DNA from: Candidatus Falkowbacteria bacterium RIFOXYC2_FULL_47_12 | Lineage (GTDB): Bacteria > Patescibacteriota > Patescibacteriia > Patescibacteriales > XYC2-FULL-47-12 | Assembly (NCBI GenBank): GCA_001778285.1 | Contig: MFGL01000020.1 | Span: forward strand, 36,881-79,157 | Length of the DNA stretch: 42,277 nucleotides | Direction: 5' to 3' | Shown: positions 26,163-35,532 of the stretch, piece by piece | Numbering within the stretch: the stretch's first letter is position 1 | Layout of the letters: every line of letters begins with the position of its first letter | The notes under the pieces: generated by a model | What the model was told of the DNA's origin: nothing | Seen by the model: the letters and a program-made list of their open reading frames with translations, nothing else | The model's database searches: none | Program-made: the position numbers and the translations under genes

Positions 26163-27362
26163 TTATAATATATTATTTAACCCGTGTTGTATAATTTCAT
26201 TTAATTTATTTTGAGAGAACAACTCTCGGCTTTGGCGCATCGCCCTACGCGACAACTTTTTTTTTAATTCCCCGTCTTGCAATCGTAGAATTTGCTCCAC
26301 AAATTCCCCTTTGGTTTTGGCTAACAGCAAATGCTCCTCGTCTTGAAAGGAATAGCCGACCAATCCGCGCGGCGAAGTTACGGTCGGAATTCCCAAACAC
26401 AATGGCTCAAAAATTTTCTGCTGCATACCGGCACCCATTAAAGAAGGGACTAAAGCGATGTCTATTTTATTTAAAAATTCTGCCAAATTTTCAATAAAAC
26501 CCTCTACTTTTATATTACCCACGCAAAGCCGCGCCAAATCAGAGGGCAATTTTTTGCCGACAAGGTGAAAAATAAATTTGCCTGGCGCTTTTCTGGTTAC
26601 CGCCGGCGCTATTTTTTTAATGATAAATTCAGCCGCCTTCCGGCTATGGTGCACGTTGTATGAGGCGCCCATAAAAAATAAATGTAAAACTTTTTTATCA
26701 ACAATTTCCCGTTTATCCGCAAGCAAAAGCGGCAAACTACGCAAAGGCAAGGTGGCGATATTTTTTGCGCCCAGTTTTCGGTAAAGTTGCTCTTCTTTTG
26801 GGGTAATGGCAAAAAGATAATCGCTCTGCCCGATAACTTTCAACTCCGACAAAAACTTGGGCAGAAATTTCAGAATATTTAAAAAGCTGATACCGTCTTC
26901 CTGCAAAAAATGCGTTGGCTCAAAGTTGATGGAACGGGTGACGATAGGAATTTTTTTCTTTTGAAAAATTTTATACAGGGGCCAAAGATACGTATAATCA
27001 AACCAGGCAATATCCGGCTGAAACTCCTCTACTAGCCTGGCAACGGCTGATTGCATCGCGGGCAAACCATATTCATAAGCCGCGCCGTCCCAATATTTCG
27101 GCTGCATTATTCTTTTTATTTTTGCCCGCCAATTTTTATTTTTAATAAATTCATAATCTACCAAATCAACGGCGATGCCGCTATCTTTACTCCACTGGTT
27201 AATTTCGTTTTTATCCTGCCAATTGAACGCTCGCGCCACTATCCGCACTTCCCAGCCCAGCCGCTGCAACTGTAAAATTCCGGCCAGCCGCTCCTGTTCG
27301 CAGGCGCCGGTGGTGGGGATGGGAAATTTGGGGGTAATAACTAAAATTTTTTTCATAATCAT
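26163..27362 (-). CDS. GT-B glycosyltransferase (GT1/GT4-like)
   Basis: KILVITPKFPIPTTGACEQ at the N-terminus and VPSLMGAGMQQKIFEPLCLGIPTVTS in the C-domain. Confidence 0.75.
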   Translation of the reverse strand: MIMKKILVITPKFPIPTTGACEQERLAGILQLQRLGWEVRIVARAFNWQDKNEINQWSKDSGIAVDLVDYEFIKNKNWRAKIKRIMQPKYWDGAAYEYGLPAMQSAVARLVEEFQPDIAWFDYTYLWPLYKIFQKKKIPIVTRSINFEPTHFLQEDGISFLNILKFLPKFLSELKVIGQSDYLFAITPKEEQLYRKLGAKNIATLPLRSLPLLLADKREIVDKKVLHLFFMGASYNVHHSRKAAEFIIKKIAPAVTRKAPGKFIFHLVGKKLPSDLARLCVGNIKVEGFIENLAEFLNKIDIALVPSLMGAGMQQKIFEPLCLGIPTVTSPRGLVGYSFQDEEHLLLAKTKGEFVEQILRLQDGELKKKLSRRAMRQSRELFSQNKLNEIIQHGLNNIL

Positions 27363-29242
27363 TTATTCATAAATTGCCGATACCACAACTGAAACGTCAT
27401 CGCTGACCAAAGCGTATTTAACGCGTACTGTTTTTTACTAATATGGTCATCCAACATTTTTTGCAACGCCGCAAAATTAAACATATCTTTCGTGCCAGCG
27501 CAAAAAGCAGGTGACAGCGCTTCTCGCATTAGCGGCTGCAGGGGCCCGCGCAGCCATTTCGCGGCCGGTGAAAACCAGCCCCACTTGGGTTGGCTTAAAA
27601 CAAAATACGGCAAGTATTCCCGCATTGCTTCGCGTAAAATTATTTTTCCTTCATAGTGTTTGCCGATACTGCCAAACATCGCTCCCTTGCGGCCAATTTT
27701 GTACCGCACGGGAATGCGGTCCGCCAACTCAACTAATCTATGGTCCAAAAATGGCACGCGTTGTTCCAAACCAGCCGCCATGGACATCTTATCTGAACGC
27801 GCGAGCGATTCATCCGGCAACCAGCTCATAATATCCGTGCGCATAAACTGCCGCGTAAAATCCGCCTCGTCCACCTCTGAAAAATACTGTTTTGATAAAA
27901 ATTCCGGCAATACTTCCGGCCGGCTGACTTCATCAGAAAGAAATGACGAAATTATCCTTTCCTTTTGGCTAAAAAAACTCAAATAACGGGCAACGCCCGG
28001 CGCGGTGTTTATTTTTTCGTACCAGCCGCTTTTGCCCGCCGCGGAGAAAAACAACTTTGCGGCCGCGCTTTTACGCAGCACGCGCGGCAACCGGTTAAAC
28101 CTGTCAATCAACGCGCTATAATAGTAACGTTCATAGCCGCCGAAGAGTTCATCCCCGCCGTCGCCGCCCAAAACAACTTTGGCTATTTTGGTTGTCTGCC
28201 GCGCTAGCAGCATATTTACGGCCTGAACATGGTTGGAAATCGGCTCATCCATATGGTAAATTGCGGCCGGAAGGTTAGCCAAAACATCTTGGGCGGATAA
28301 AATATATTCATGATGGCTGGTATTAAAATGCGCGGCAGTCCGGCGGGCGATTAAAAAATCATTATTATATTTCGCCGCTTCCTCGGTATCCTCAAAACCG
28401 ACGGAAAAAGTGTTAACTTTGTCCGAAAGCCGGCTCATGATGCCGGTGATAATAGTTGAATCAATGCCGCCGCTTAAAAATACGCCCACTGGACGGTCTG
28501 ACATAAGTTGTTTTTTTACCGAATCGTGCAACAGCCGGGAAATCTCTTCTTTAATCTGCTCTTTGTCCGATAATAGCGAGGAATCATTAAACTGCCAATA
28601 TTTAGTAATTTTTATATCACCCGTTTTATTAACCACAGCGTAGCTTGCCGGAGGCAATTTATAAATATTTTGCCAGATAGTCAAAGGCGAGGGCACGTAA
28701 AGCAGGCGAAAATAAATATTTAACGCTTCATAATCAAGCGGCGCGTCAATTTTGTGCTCTAAAATAGCTTTGGCTTCTGACGAAAAGATAACTTTTTTAT
28801 CTTTATGATAATAATACAACGGCTTAATGCCTACCCTGTCCCGAGCAAAAAATAATTCTTCCGTTTCAGTATTCAAAATCGCCAGTGCGAACATACCGTT
28901 GAATTTTTGCAAACACGCGCTGCCCCACTCCTGATAGGCATATAAAATAACTTCGGTATCTGTTTTTGATTTGAATTTATACCCCAAAGCCTCAAGCTCT
29001 TTTTTAATTTCCAAAAAATTATATATTTCGCCGTTAAAGATAATGGCGAATTTTTTGTCCGCGCTTAGCATCGGCTGATGCCCGGTGCTGCTTAAATCAA
29101 TAATTGAAAGCCGGTTGTGCCCGAGCGACCAACGGGAAGACAAAAAAACGCCCGAGTCATCCGGGCCGCGGTGCTTTGTTATTTCGTTCATTCGTTTGAT
29201 TAATCCTTCGTCCTGAAAATTAAAGCCGTTGATGCTGCACAT
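27359..29242 (-). CDS. Asparagine synthase (glutamine-hydrolysing)-family amidotransferase (WbpS-like)
   Basis: The N-terminal MCS... carries the Cys2 nucleophile and FLSGGIDST is the PP-loop. 627 aa. Confidence 0.85.
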   Translation of the reverse strand: MCSINGFNFQDEGLIKRMNEITKHRGPDDSGVFLSSRWSLGHNRLSIIDLSSTGHQPMLSADKKFAIIFNGEIYNFLEIKKELEALGYKFKSKTDTEVILYAYQEWGSACLQKFNGMFALAILNTETEELFFARDRVGIKPLYYYHKDKKVIFSSEAKAILEHKIDAPLDYEALNIYFRLLYVPSPLTIWQNIYKLPPASYAVVNKTGDIKITKYWQFNDSSLLSDKEQIKEEISRLLHDSVKKQLMSDRPVGVFLSGGIDSTIITGIMSRLSDKVNTFSVGFEDTEEAAKYNNDFLIARRTAAHFNTSHHEYILSAQDVLANLPAAIYHMDEPISNHVQAVNMLLARQTTKIAKVVLGGDGGDELFGGYERYYYSALIDRFNRLPRVLRKSAAAKLFFSAAGKSGWYEKINTAPGVARYLSFFSQKERIISSFLSDEVSRPEVLPEFLSKQYFSEVDEADFTRQFMRTDIMSWLPDESLARSDKMSMAAGLEQRVPFLDHRLVELADRIPVRYKIGRKGAMFGSIGKHYEGKIILREAMREYLPYFVLSQPKWGWFSPAAKWLRGPLQPLMREALSPAFCAGTKDMFNFAALQKMLDDHISKKQYALNTLWSAMTFQLWYRQFMNK

Positions 29243-29255
29243 AATTATTTCTCTG

Positions 29256-29996
29256 CTATTTCTTTTTCGCCACGCACATGATTGATAGGCCGTAGGGAAA
29301 CTGTATGTATGGTATCAGCGCAGCCTCCAAAGAGAGACATTTCTCAAACATATCGTTCACCAACCAATGAGAATGGAATGTTTTGCTGATGATATTTTTC
29401 GATACATATATATGCTCCGACAATCTCTTCGCTACCGCCAGAGGGAATAGAAAAAAATTAAGGTAGGAAACTTTTAATGGCTTAAAACCAGCCGCGCCCA
29501 CGGCGCTGACCAATTCTTTTTTATAGTAGCGTTTCTTTGTCCAAACCAGTTTATCTTGATGGCCGCGCAACCAATTATAGGCTGGCTCTCTAATAACCAA
29601 AAGCCCTCCTTGTTTTAATACTCTTTGAAACTCCCTCAGTGTTTGCCAATCATTACCCGCCCGCTGATGGTATAACACGTCCAAACAAAACACCATGTCA
29701 AAGGTGTTGTCGGCAAACGGCAACTTGGCTATTGACCCTACGAACAGTTGCCGAGCGATTCCCTTTCGTTGCGCATAATCTATGGCCTGATTTGACTTGT
29801 CTATGCCATAAATCGCGCCGTACGAAGACAGGAGCTCAAACATACCGCCCGTACCGCAGCCGGCGTCCAAAATCACATTATCCTGCCGCTGAGGCGCATA
29901 GCTCGCCAATACCGCGGCGATAATTTTTCGCATTCCGACATGCCACCAGAAAGTACTCTCTCGCTCATTCATGATGGTATAAATTTCAGTCTCCAT
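29256..29996 (-). CDS. Class I SAM-dependent methyltransferase
   Basis: ILDAGCGTGGMFELL and LKQGGLLVI motifs. Confidence 0.8.
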   Translation of the reverse strand: METEIYTIMNERESTFWWHVGMRKIIAAVLASYAPQRQDNVILDAGCGTGGMFELLSSYGAIYGIDKSNQAIDYAQRKGIARQLFVGSIAKLPFADNTFDMVFCLDVLYHQRAGNDWQTLREFQRVLKQGGLLVIREPAYNWLRGHQDKLVWTKKRYYKKELVSAVGAAGFKPLKVSYLNFFLFPLAVAKRLSEHIYVSKNIISKTFHSHWLVNDMFEKCLSLEAALIPYIQFPYGLSIMCVAKKK

Positions 29997-29997
29997 C

Positions 29998-31734
29998 TTA
30001 TCTATTTTTAAATTTATATATAGCTATTTGATTTTGTCGGTACACTTCTTCAAGTTCATCGTAGTTATCCAAATTCCACTCAGGGGAAACATCTCTGTCC
30101 CAAATAATATAATCCAGTCGGTAACGCCGCAATAAGCTGATGTTCCATCCTTCGCTTTTTAATTCTGACAAAACTGCCTGCACTTTAACCAATTCCCGCT
30201 CCAACGTATACTGTTTGTCAGAAGTGATATGGAAGAAATCAGGCACGCGTTGTACGTTTCGTTCAATCATCGCTGGCTGAGTCCACAACATTCGCGCCAC
30301 CTCGTTCATACCAAAATTATTAGCGACAAACTCGTCAATATCAAAAAAATGGGAAAGAAGCGTTCTTTCAACTGCCTCGGTGTCGCTTAAAAGTAAATAA
30401 TACATGCTCTCGCTGTAATAAACATTGGCATGAGTATATACCGGTACGAGACGCAGTAAAGCGGGGTGGGAAAAAATAACGTCATCAACTGCCGTATTGG
30501 CGTTTATCCAGTCAAAAACATACATATAGTGCTGTTGTCTTTCCTCAACTGCGGGCTGTGCCAGACCGCGTTGATAGGGAGGAAAGTTGAAACTTTGCAA
30601 GCGCCAAGCCGGCACGACCAGCATCACTGCTATCAAAACTACTAAAGCCATATCAAGTCTAGTGCGTTTTCCATCAGTCTTTTTGAGTATGGTAAAAAAC
30701 CAGTAGTGTGCAACAAATATGTATAAAAACACCGGCATAAACGACCAGTGGGTGGCGTTCTCAATAGTTACTCCCGTTATCACCTGGTGGTTGGGATAGA
30801 TGACATTGGACGTCAACAATGCGAGCAAGACGTATATACGGTTATCGTTGCTGAGTTTATAGCGGCGCGTCAAAAATACAAAAACTCCAAGCCAAGATAG
30901 CGCAACGCCGAGTCGCGGAAATGTCTCTGGCCAGTGCGTGGCGAACACCCCCATGCGCACAGCCATCGCGTCATAGAACGGCGTATCAACACCGGCTATA
31001 ATGCGTAACAAATACGGCGCAGCAATGACCAGCGCGATAACGATGAGGGTTGCGTGATATTTGCACTGTGTGTAGTCTTTACGCCACAACAGAGACAAAG
31101 TATACAGACCCAACACCACTACCAAAAACGACCAATGAAAAAAATAAGTCAAAAATAATAACCCCAACACAATGCCTCCGAGTATGGCATGCAGCCACTG
31201 GCGCTCCGTTTTAAACACGAGCTGAAACCAGCACCACAAAAAAAATAAAAATAGCGGAAACGACACACCAGGATGAATCGGCTTGGTCATGCCGCCAGTG
31301 ACGACGGTAAAAAACGCTAACGAAAGCACGAACGCGCTGGCGCGATTTTGATATAGGGACATGAGCAATACATACAGCAACGCAGCCATGAAAGCGGGCA
31401 AAATGAACGTCAGCGCAATTTGTAGCGTCGGAATAGCAACCCGCAACATCGGCGCCAGCCATGCTAACAATAATTCGCCACCGATGGCTTGGGGATACGT
31501 GTCCAGTTTGTGTTCAAACAAATACGGATTGTTCATATCCGGATGTCCGTCTCTAACCTCGTGCGCCCGCGCCAAATAAAAATTAGCGTCAGAATTAAAC
31601 TGTGGCCAGATTCCCTGGAAATTAGCCCCCATTCGCTGTAATGACAAAATAACAGGCAAAACGCTGAATAAACCAACCAGAAACGCTAAGAGTACAGCCG
31701 GCCAATATTTTTGTAATAGTGTCATTGATTTCAT
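29998..31734 (-). CDS. Large polytopic membrane protein, GT-C-like glycosyltransferase or polymerase candidate
   Basis: 578 aa. I count at least 10 hydrophobic segments, then a soluble C-terminal ~170 aa. There is an acidic first loop (NSDANFYLARAHEVRDG). No specific family motif was recognised. Confidence 0.45.
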   Translation of the reverse strand: MKSMTLLQKYWPAVLLAFLVGLFSVLPVILSLQRMGANFQGIWPQFNSDANFYLARAHEVRDGHPDMNNPYLFEHKLDTYPQAIGGELLLAWLAPMLRVAIPTLQIALTFILPAFMAALLYVLLMSLYQNRASAFVLSLAFFTVVTGGMTKPIHPGVSFPLFLFFLWCWFQLVFKTERQWLHAILGGIVLGLLFLTYFFHWSFLVVVLGLYTLSLLWRKDYTQCKYHATLIVIALVIAAPYLLRIIAGVDTPFYDAMAVRMGVFATHWPETFPRLGVALSWLGVFVFLTRRYKLSNDNRIYVLLALLTSNVIYPNHQVITGVTIENATHWSFMPVFLYIFVAHYWFFTILKKTDGKRTRLDMALVVLIAVMLVVPAWRLQSFNFPPYQRGLAQPAVEERQQHYMYVFDWINANTAVDDVIFSHPALLRLVPVYTHANVYYSESMYYLLLSDTEAVERTLLSHFFDIDEFVANNFGMNEVARMLWTQPAMIERNVQRVPDFFHITSDKQYTLERELVKVQAVLSELKSEGWNISLLRRYRLDYIIWDRDVSPEWNLDNYDELEEVYRQNQIAIYKFKNR

Positions 31735-31736
31735 GT

Positions 31737-32795
31737 TTATAATACTTTTTTAATACTATCTACAATTCTTTTTGACGTTTTGCCATCCCAGTAGGGAATT
31801 GCTGTTTTCTTTTTGGTCAAATCCTTGGCGCGATACGCTTGCAGAATAGACACCTTGGTCACCCCGCCGATGGTGTTCGTGCCATGCGTAACGGTAACCG
31901 GCCGTTCGGTTTCGGTGCGAAGAGTAATGCAAGGAGTGCCAAGGTAGCTGGTTTCTTCTTGGATGCCGCCCGAGTCGGTCAAGACCAGCCGCGCATTTTT
32001 TTGGTAATAGAGAGATTCCTGATAGCCTAAAGGTTCTAAAAGGTGCACAGACGTACGCAATCGCTCAAGCAAACCGTATGCCTGCGCCATTTTTTTGGTG
32101 CGCGGATGCAGTGGAAGGTAAATAATAGCATCACGGGCAATCTCCGCCAGCGCTTGCACGATTTCACTTAAAATCGCCGGACTGTCAACATTTTCAGCGC
32201 GATGCAATGTGCAAAAATAAAATATCTCATTAGTTTTTTTAACCTGTGGCAAAAACATTTCCAACGTATCAATCATGATATTTCCCACTGGGTGCACATT
32301 TTCAGTAACGCCTTCTTTACGCAAATTTGCTATTGCTTCGTCAGATGATGTAAACAACATACTGGAAAGCCTGTCGGTTATGACACGATTTATTTCTTCG
32401 GGCATTTGATTATTATACGCGCGTAGACCGGCTTCTACATGGACGAGCGGAATGTTCATTTTATACGCTGTCAGAGCACCGGCCAGCGTGGAATTTACAT
32501 CACCCACGACCACGACCAAAGAAAAATGTTCCCGCAAAAAAATCTCTTCCAAGCCAACCATAATATCAGCAAACTGGCGGATTATGGAATTATGCGAGGG
32601 GTGCAAATTATAATGCGGCTGTAAATGAAACTCTTTGAAGAAACTTCCTGACATATCGGCGTTAAAATGCTGGCCAGTATTTATCAACCGGTACGCTATT
32701 TTTTGCTTTTCCAACTCACGGCACAGGGGCGAAACTTTCATAAAATTCGGCCGCGCGCCGGCAATAATAGCAATTGGTTCATTATCTGGATTCAT
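31737..32795 (-). CDS. wecB: UDP-N-acetylglucosamine 2-epimerase (non-hydrolysing) family
   Basis: IAIIAGARPNFMKVSPL, VVVGDVNSTLAGAL, HVEAGLRAYN...PEEINR and DSGGIQEE motifs. Confidence 0.85.
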   Translation of the reverse strand: MNPDNEPIAIIAGARPNFMKVSPLCRELEKQKIAYRLINTGQHFNADMSGSFFKEFHLQPHYNLHPSHNSIIRQFADIMVGLEEIFLREHFSLVVVVGDVNSTLAGALTAYKMNIPLVHVEAGLRAYNNQMPEEINRVITDRLSSMLFTSSDEAIANLRKEGVTENVHPVGNIMIDTLEMFLPQVKKTNEIFYFCTLHRAENVDSPAILSEIVQALAEIARDAIIYLPLHPRTKKMAQAYGLLERLRTSVHLLEPLGYQESLYYQKNARLVLTDSGGIQEETSYLGTPCITLRTETERPVTVTHGTNTIGGVTKVSILQAYRAKDLTKKKTAIPYWDGKTSKRIVDSIKKVL

Positions 32796-32798
32796 AAT

Positions 32799-33824
32799 TT
32801 AATTTCCCGGAATTATGTAATTATTCATCTGTTGAATTAAAGATTCCAAACTATGCCGTTCTTTAACGATATTTTGCAAAAAAACCGCGTTATGCTTTTT
32901 CCAGTCCCCGTCCAAAATAAAAGCCGCGATTTCCTTGGGGTCGTCATTATTAATTGCGATTGGCAAGCCAATGGCCTGGCTATTGCCTCTGGTCGTAATT
33001 GGATAAACGCCAAACAGCATAGCTTCAAGCATGGTCTTATCAATAGTCTCTGACGCCATGTTAACCATTAAACGGTATTGGCCATAAATATTTTTGAGCT
33101 GGCTCATTGGCACTGGACCCATAAATTTCACCCTGTCCTCCAAATTTTCCTGTGTGACCAATTTATGCAGTTCACGGACATAATCCTTTTCCACATCTCG
33201 GCCATAGACTGTCAGCGTGTATGCGGCAGGTAAATATTTTAAAGCCAGAATAACAAGCTCCGACCGCTTAGAACGGCACAGGCGATGCACGGTTAAAAGT
33301 CTTTGTGGTGCATTTTGATTTTCGCCCGCTGGGATAGCGTCTAACCAAAAATCTATATCAATACCATGACCGGTAATTACTTTCTTGGGACTGCCCTTGT
33401 ATTGAGGTAGGCTCTGTTTGGTGGCCGCGAACATCCTTTGGCAAAACCAGCCTGCTAGTCGCATATGGATATGCATTTTATAATGGGTGTACCACAGATA
33501 CATTGGTTTGCGCGTCAAAACCCAGTACCAACCTCCCAAGGTAAAATACTCTGGATTCATATGCACAAATACGCGGTCGTAACGGAGGGTGGTGATAAAT
33601 TTTAAAAATCGCAATGTGCGACGCAACTTGCCGTACCCTTTTTCCTTACCTAACGAGTACACGGGAAATGAATCATTGAAATCCTTTTTTTCCAGACAAA
33701 TCACCTGCACGTCAACTCCCTGCCGGATAAATTCGCGTATCCATAAAATAACAAAAGCTAAGTCATCGTCATTTTGATGAATTTTTTGAGTGATGAAAAG
33801 TAGCGTTGTTCGGTGAGGGTCCAT
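32799..33824 (-). CDS. GT-B-fold glycosyltransferase (GT4-like)
   Basis: 341 aa with a two-Rossmann-domain layout. The C-domain has ETIDKTMLEAMLFGVYPITT. Confidence 0.6.
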   Translation of the reverse strand: MDPHRTTLLFITQKIHQNDDDLAFVILWIREFIRQGVDVQVICLEKKDFNDSFPVYSLGKEKGYGKLRRTLRFLKFITTLRYDRVFVHMNPEYFTLGGWYWVLTRKPMYLWYTHYKMHIHMRLAGWFCQRMFAATKQSLPQYKGSPKKVITGHGIDIDFWLDAIPAGENQNAPQRLLTVHRLCRSKRSELVILALKYLPAAYTLTVYGRDVEKDYVRELHKLVTQENLEDRVKFMGPVPMSQLKNIYGQYRLMVNMASETIDKTMLEAMLFGVYPITTRGNSQAIGLPIAINNDDPKEIAAFILDGDWKKHNAVFLQNIVKERHSLESLIQQMNNYIIPGN

Positions 33825-34529
33825 TTATCTGTCGAGGGCGCCTTTTTCCGCTGTCAAAACGACGTGGGTAAAAGCATCCTTAATCCCAAAATAATAATCC
33901 ACCATAACAAAGCCGTCTTTTTCTAACATTTTCTGGCCGTGCTTTTTGGATTGAATCCTGGTCACTTCGTCGGGATGTAGTTTAATATTTTTTTTCAAAA
34001 TGTTATTTAGGATAAAATTAACTATTTTCATAAATGAAACACTAAGGCCGAACTCGGGCGGCCAAAATAGCAAAACCCGCCCGCGTGGCTTCAAAACCCG
34101 GTAAAACTCCCTTAAGATAGCACTAATTTCCTCTTCGGTAAAATGCTCCATCACGCCTAAATTATAAACACCGTCCACGGAGTTATCCGGCAGGGAAATT
34201 TCAAAAATACTTCCCTTCAGAGTTTGCGCATATGAACCATTTAACGCCTGATAGCGATCCAGAGCCAATTGCGATATGTCCAGTGCCGTAACCCTGGCAT
34301 AATGAATGGCGTCAGTATCGACTTGCCCTCCGCCGCACCCCGCGTGCAGCAATATCGCGCCCGGCGCGAATGTTTTTTTAATAAACCTGTTTAGTGTGCT
34401 CTTAATTATATGCTTTCTGTAAAAAACCGCGATGGTGTCATAAAGCATATTGCCTTTTTTATTCTTATTTGCCCAATAATAATTCCACTCCTGTTCAGCT
34501 TGGTTATGTTTGAAAATATTTTCGCTCAT
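33825..34529 (-). CDS. Class I SAM-dependent methyltransferase
   Basis: LLHAGCGGGQVD and LKPRGRVLLF motifs. Confidence 0.8.
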   Translation of the reverse strand: MSENIFKHNQAEQEWNYYWANKNKKGNMLYDTIAVFYRKHIIKSTLNRFIKKTFAPGAILLHAGCGGGQVDTDAIHYARVTALDISQLALDRYQALNGSYAQTLKGSIFEISLPDNSVDGVYNLGVMEHFTEEEISAILREFYRVLKPRGRVLLFWPPEFGLSVSFMKIVNFILNNILKKNIKLHPDEVTRIQSKKHGQKMLEKDGFVMVDYYFGIKDAFTHVVLTAEKGALDR

Positions 34530-34560
34530 AGTGTCTGCTCTCTTTCTTAATTAAGATGAA

Positions 34561-35532
34561 TTACGGCTGTAACTTCTTGACATCGGCGTGAACCATAATT
34601 TTAACCAGTTCCTGAAAAGTAACTTTTGGCTGCCATGCTAAAATTGTTTTGGCTTTGGCAATATCGCCGACCAATAAGTCAACCTCGGCCGGTCTCCTTA
34701 AGTGTTTATCAATGATAATATGGTCTTGCCAGTTTAGGTCGGCCTCATTGAACGCCGTGACAACAAATTCTTCAACACTGTGTGTCTCACCTGTTGCAAT
34801 CACGTAGTCGTCCGGCTCGTTTTGCTGCAGCATCCGCCACATCGCTTCCACGTACTCCGGCGCGTAGCCCCAGTCGCGGCGCGCGTCCAGATTGCCCAAA
34901 TACAATTTGTCTTGTGCACCGGCCTTGATGGCGGCAACCCCGCTGGTTATCTTTCTGGTCACAAACTCCATACCGCGCCGCTCGGATTCGTGGTTGAACA
35001 AAATGCCGCTGCAGCAGAACATGCCGTAGGCCTCGCGGTAGTTGCGCGTGATGTCAAAACCGGCAACTTTGGAAATACCGTAAGGTGAGCGGGGATGAAA
35101 CGGCGTTTGCTCATTCTGCGGCGTCTCGCGTACCTTACCGAACATTTCGCTTGAGCCGGCAAAGTAAAAACGACATTGCAGCGTTTTCTCTTTCAAAGCC
35201 GACAAAGTATGCAACGTTCCGTTAATATTAGTGTCAAAAGTGGAGAATTGGTCTTCAAAAGAATAGCTGACAAAACTTTGCGCCGCCAGATGGTAACACT
35301 CGTCCGGCCTAACTTTTTCCACGATGCTAAAAATACTCGCGTAGCTTTCCAATGAGCCTGAATGCAGCGTTATTTTATCCAAAATATGCCGTAGCCTCCA
35401 CAGCCGCTGCGCCGGATCCTCAATGGCGACATGGCGCACCAAACCATGCACCTCGTAGCCTTTCTGCAACAGCAGTTCCGCTAAATATGAACCGTCTTGC
35501 CCGGTAATGCCGGTAATCAATGCCTTTTTCAT
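34561..35532 (-). CDS. gmd: GDP-mannose 4,6-dehydratase
   Basis: MKKALITGITGQDGSYLAELLLQKGYEVHGLVR, SSEMFG, YGISK and ILFNHESERRG are classic Gmd motifs. Confidence 0.9.
   Translation of the reverse strand: MKKALITGITGQDGSYLAELLLQKGYEVHGLVRHVAIEDPAQRLWRLRHILDKITLHSGSLESYASIFSIVEKVRPDECYHLAAQSFVSYSFEDQFSTFDTNINGTLHTLSALKEKTLQCRFYFAGSSEMFGKVRETPQNEQTPFHPRSPYGISKVAGFDITRNYREAYGMFCCSGILFNHESERRGMEFVTRKITSGVAAIKAGAQDKLYLGNLDARRDWGYAPEYVEAMWRMLQQNEPDDYVIATGETHSVEEFVVTAFNEADLNWQDHIIIDKHLRRPAEVDLLVGDIAKAKTILAWQPKVTFQELVKIMVHADVKKLQP

Noticed and set aside
26257-26265. A/T homopolymers of 8-9 nt in many genes, considered as phase-variation tracts. Examples are T9 at 26257-26265, T9 at 41111-41119, T8 at 7642-7649 and A8 at 16376-16383.
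   Set aside because: They are numerous and mostly encode Lys-Lys-Lys runs (the 16376-16383 tract encodes Phe-Phe instead). Such runs are expected in an AT-leaning genome. Without population data there is no reason to single them out.
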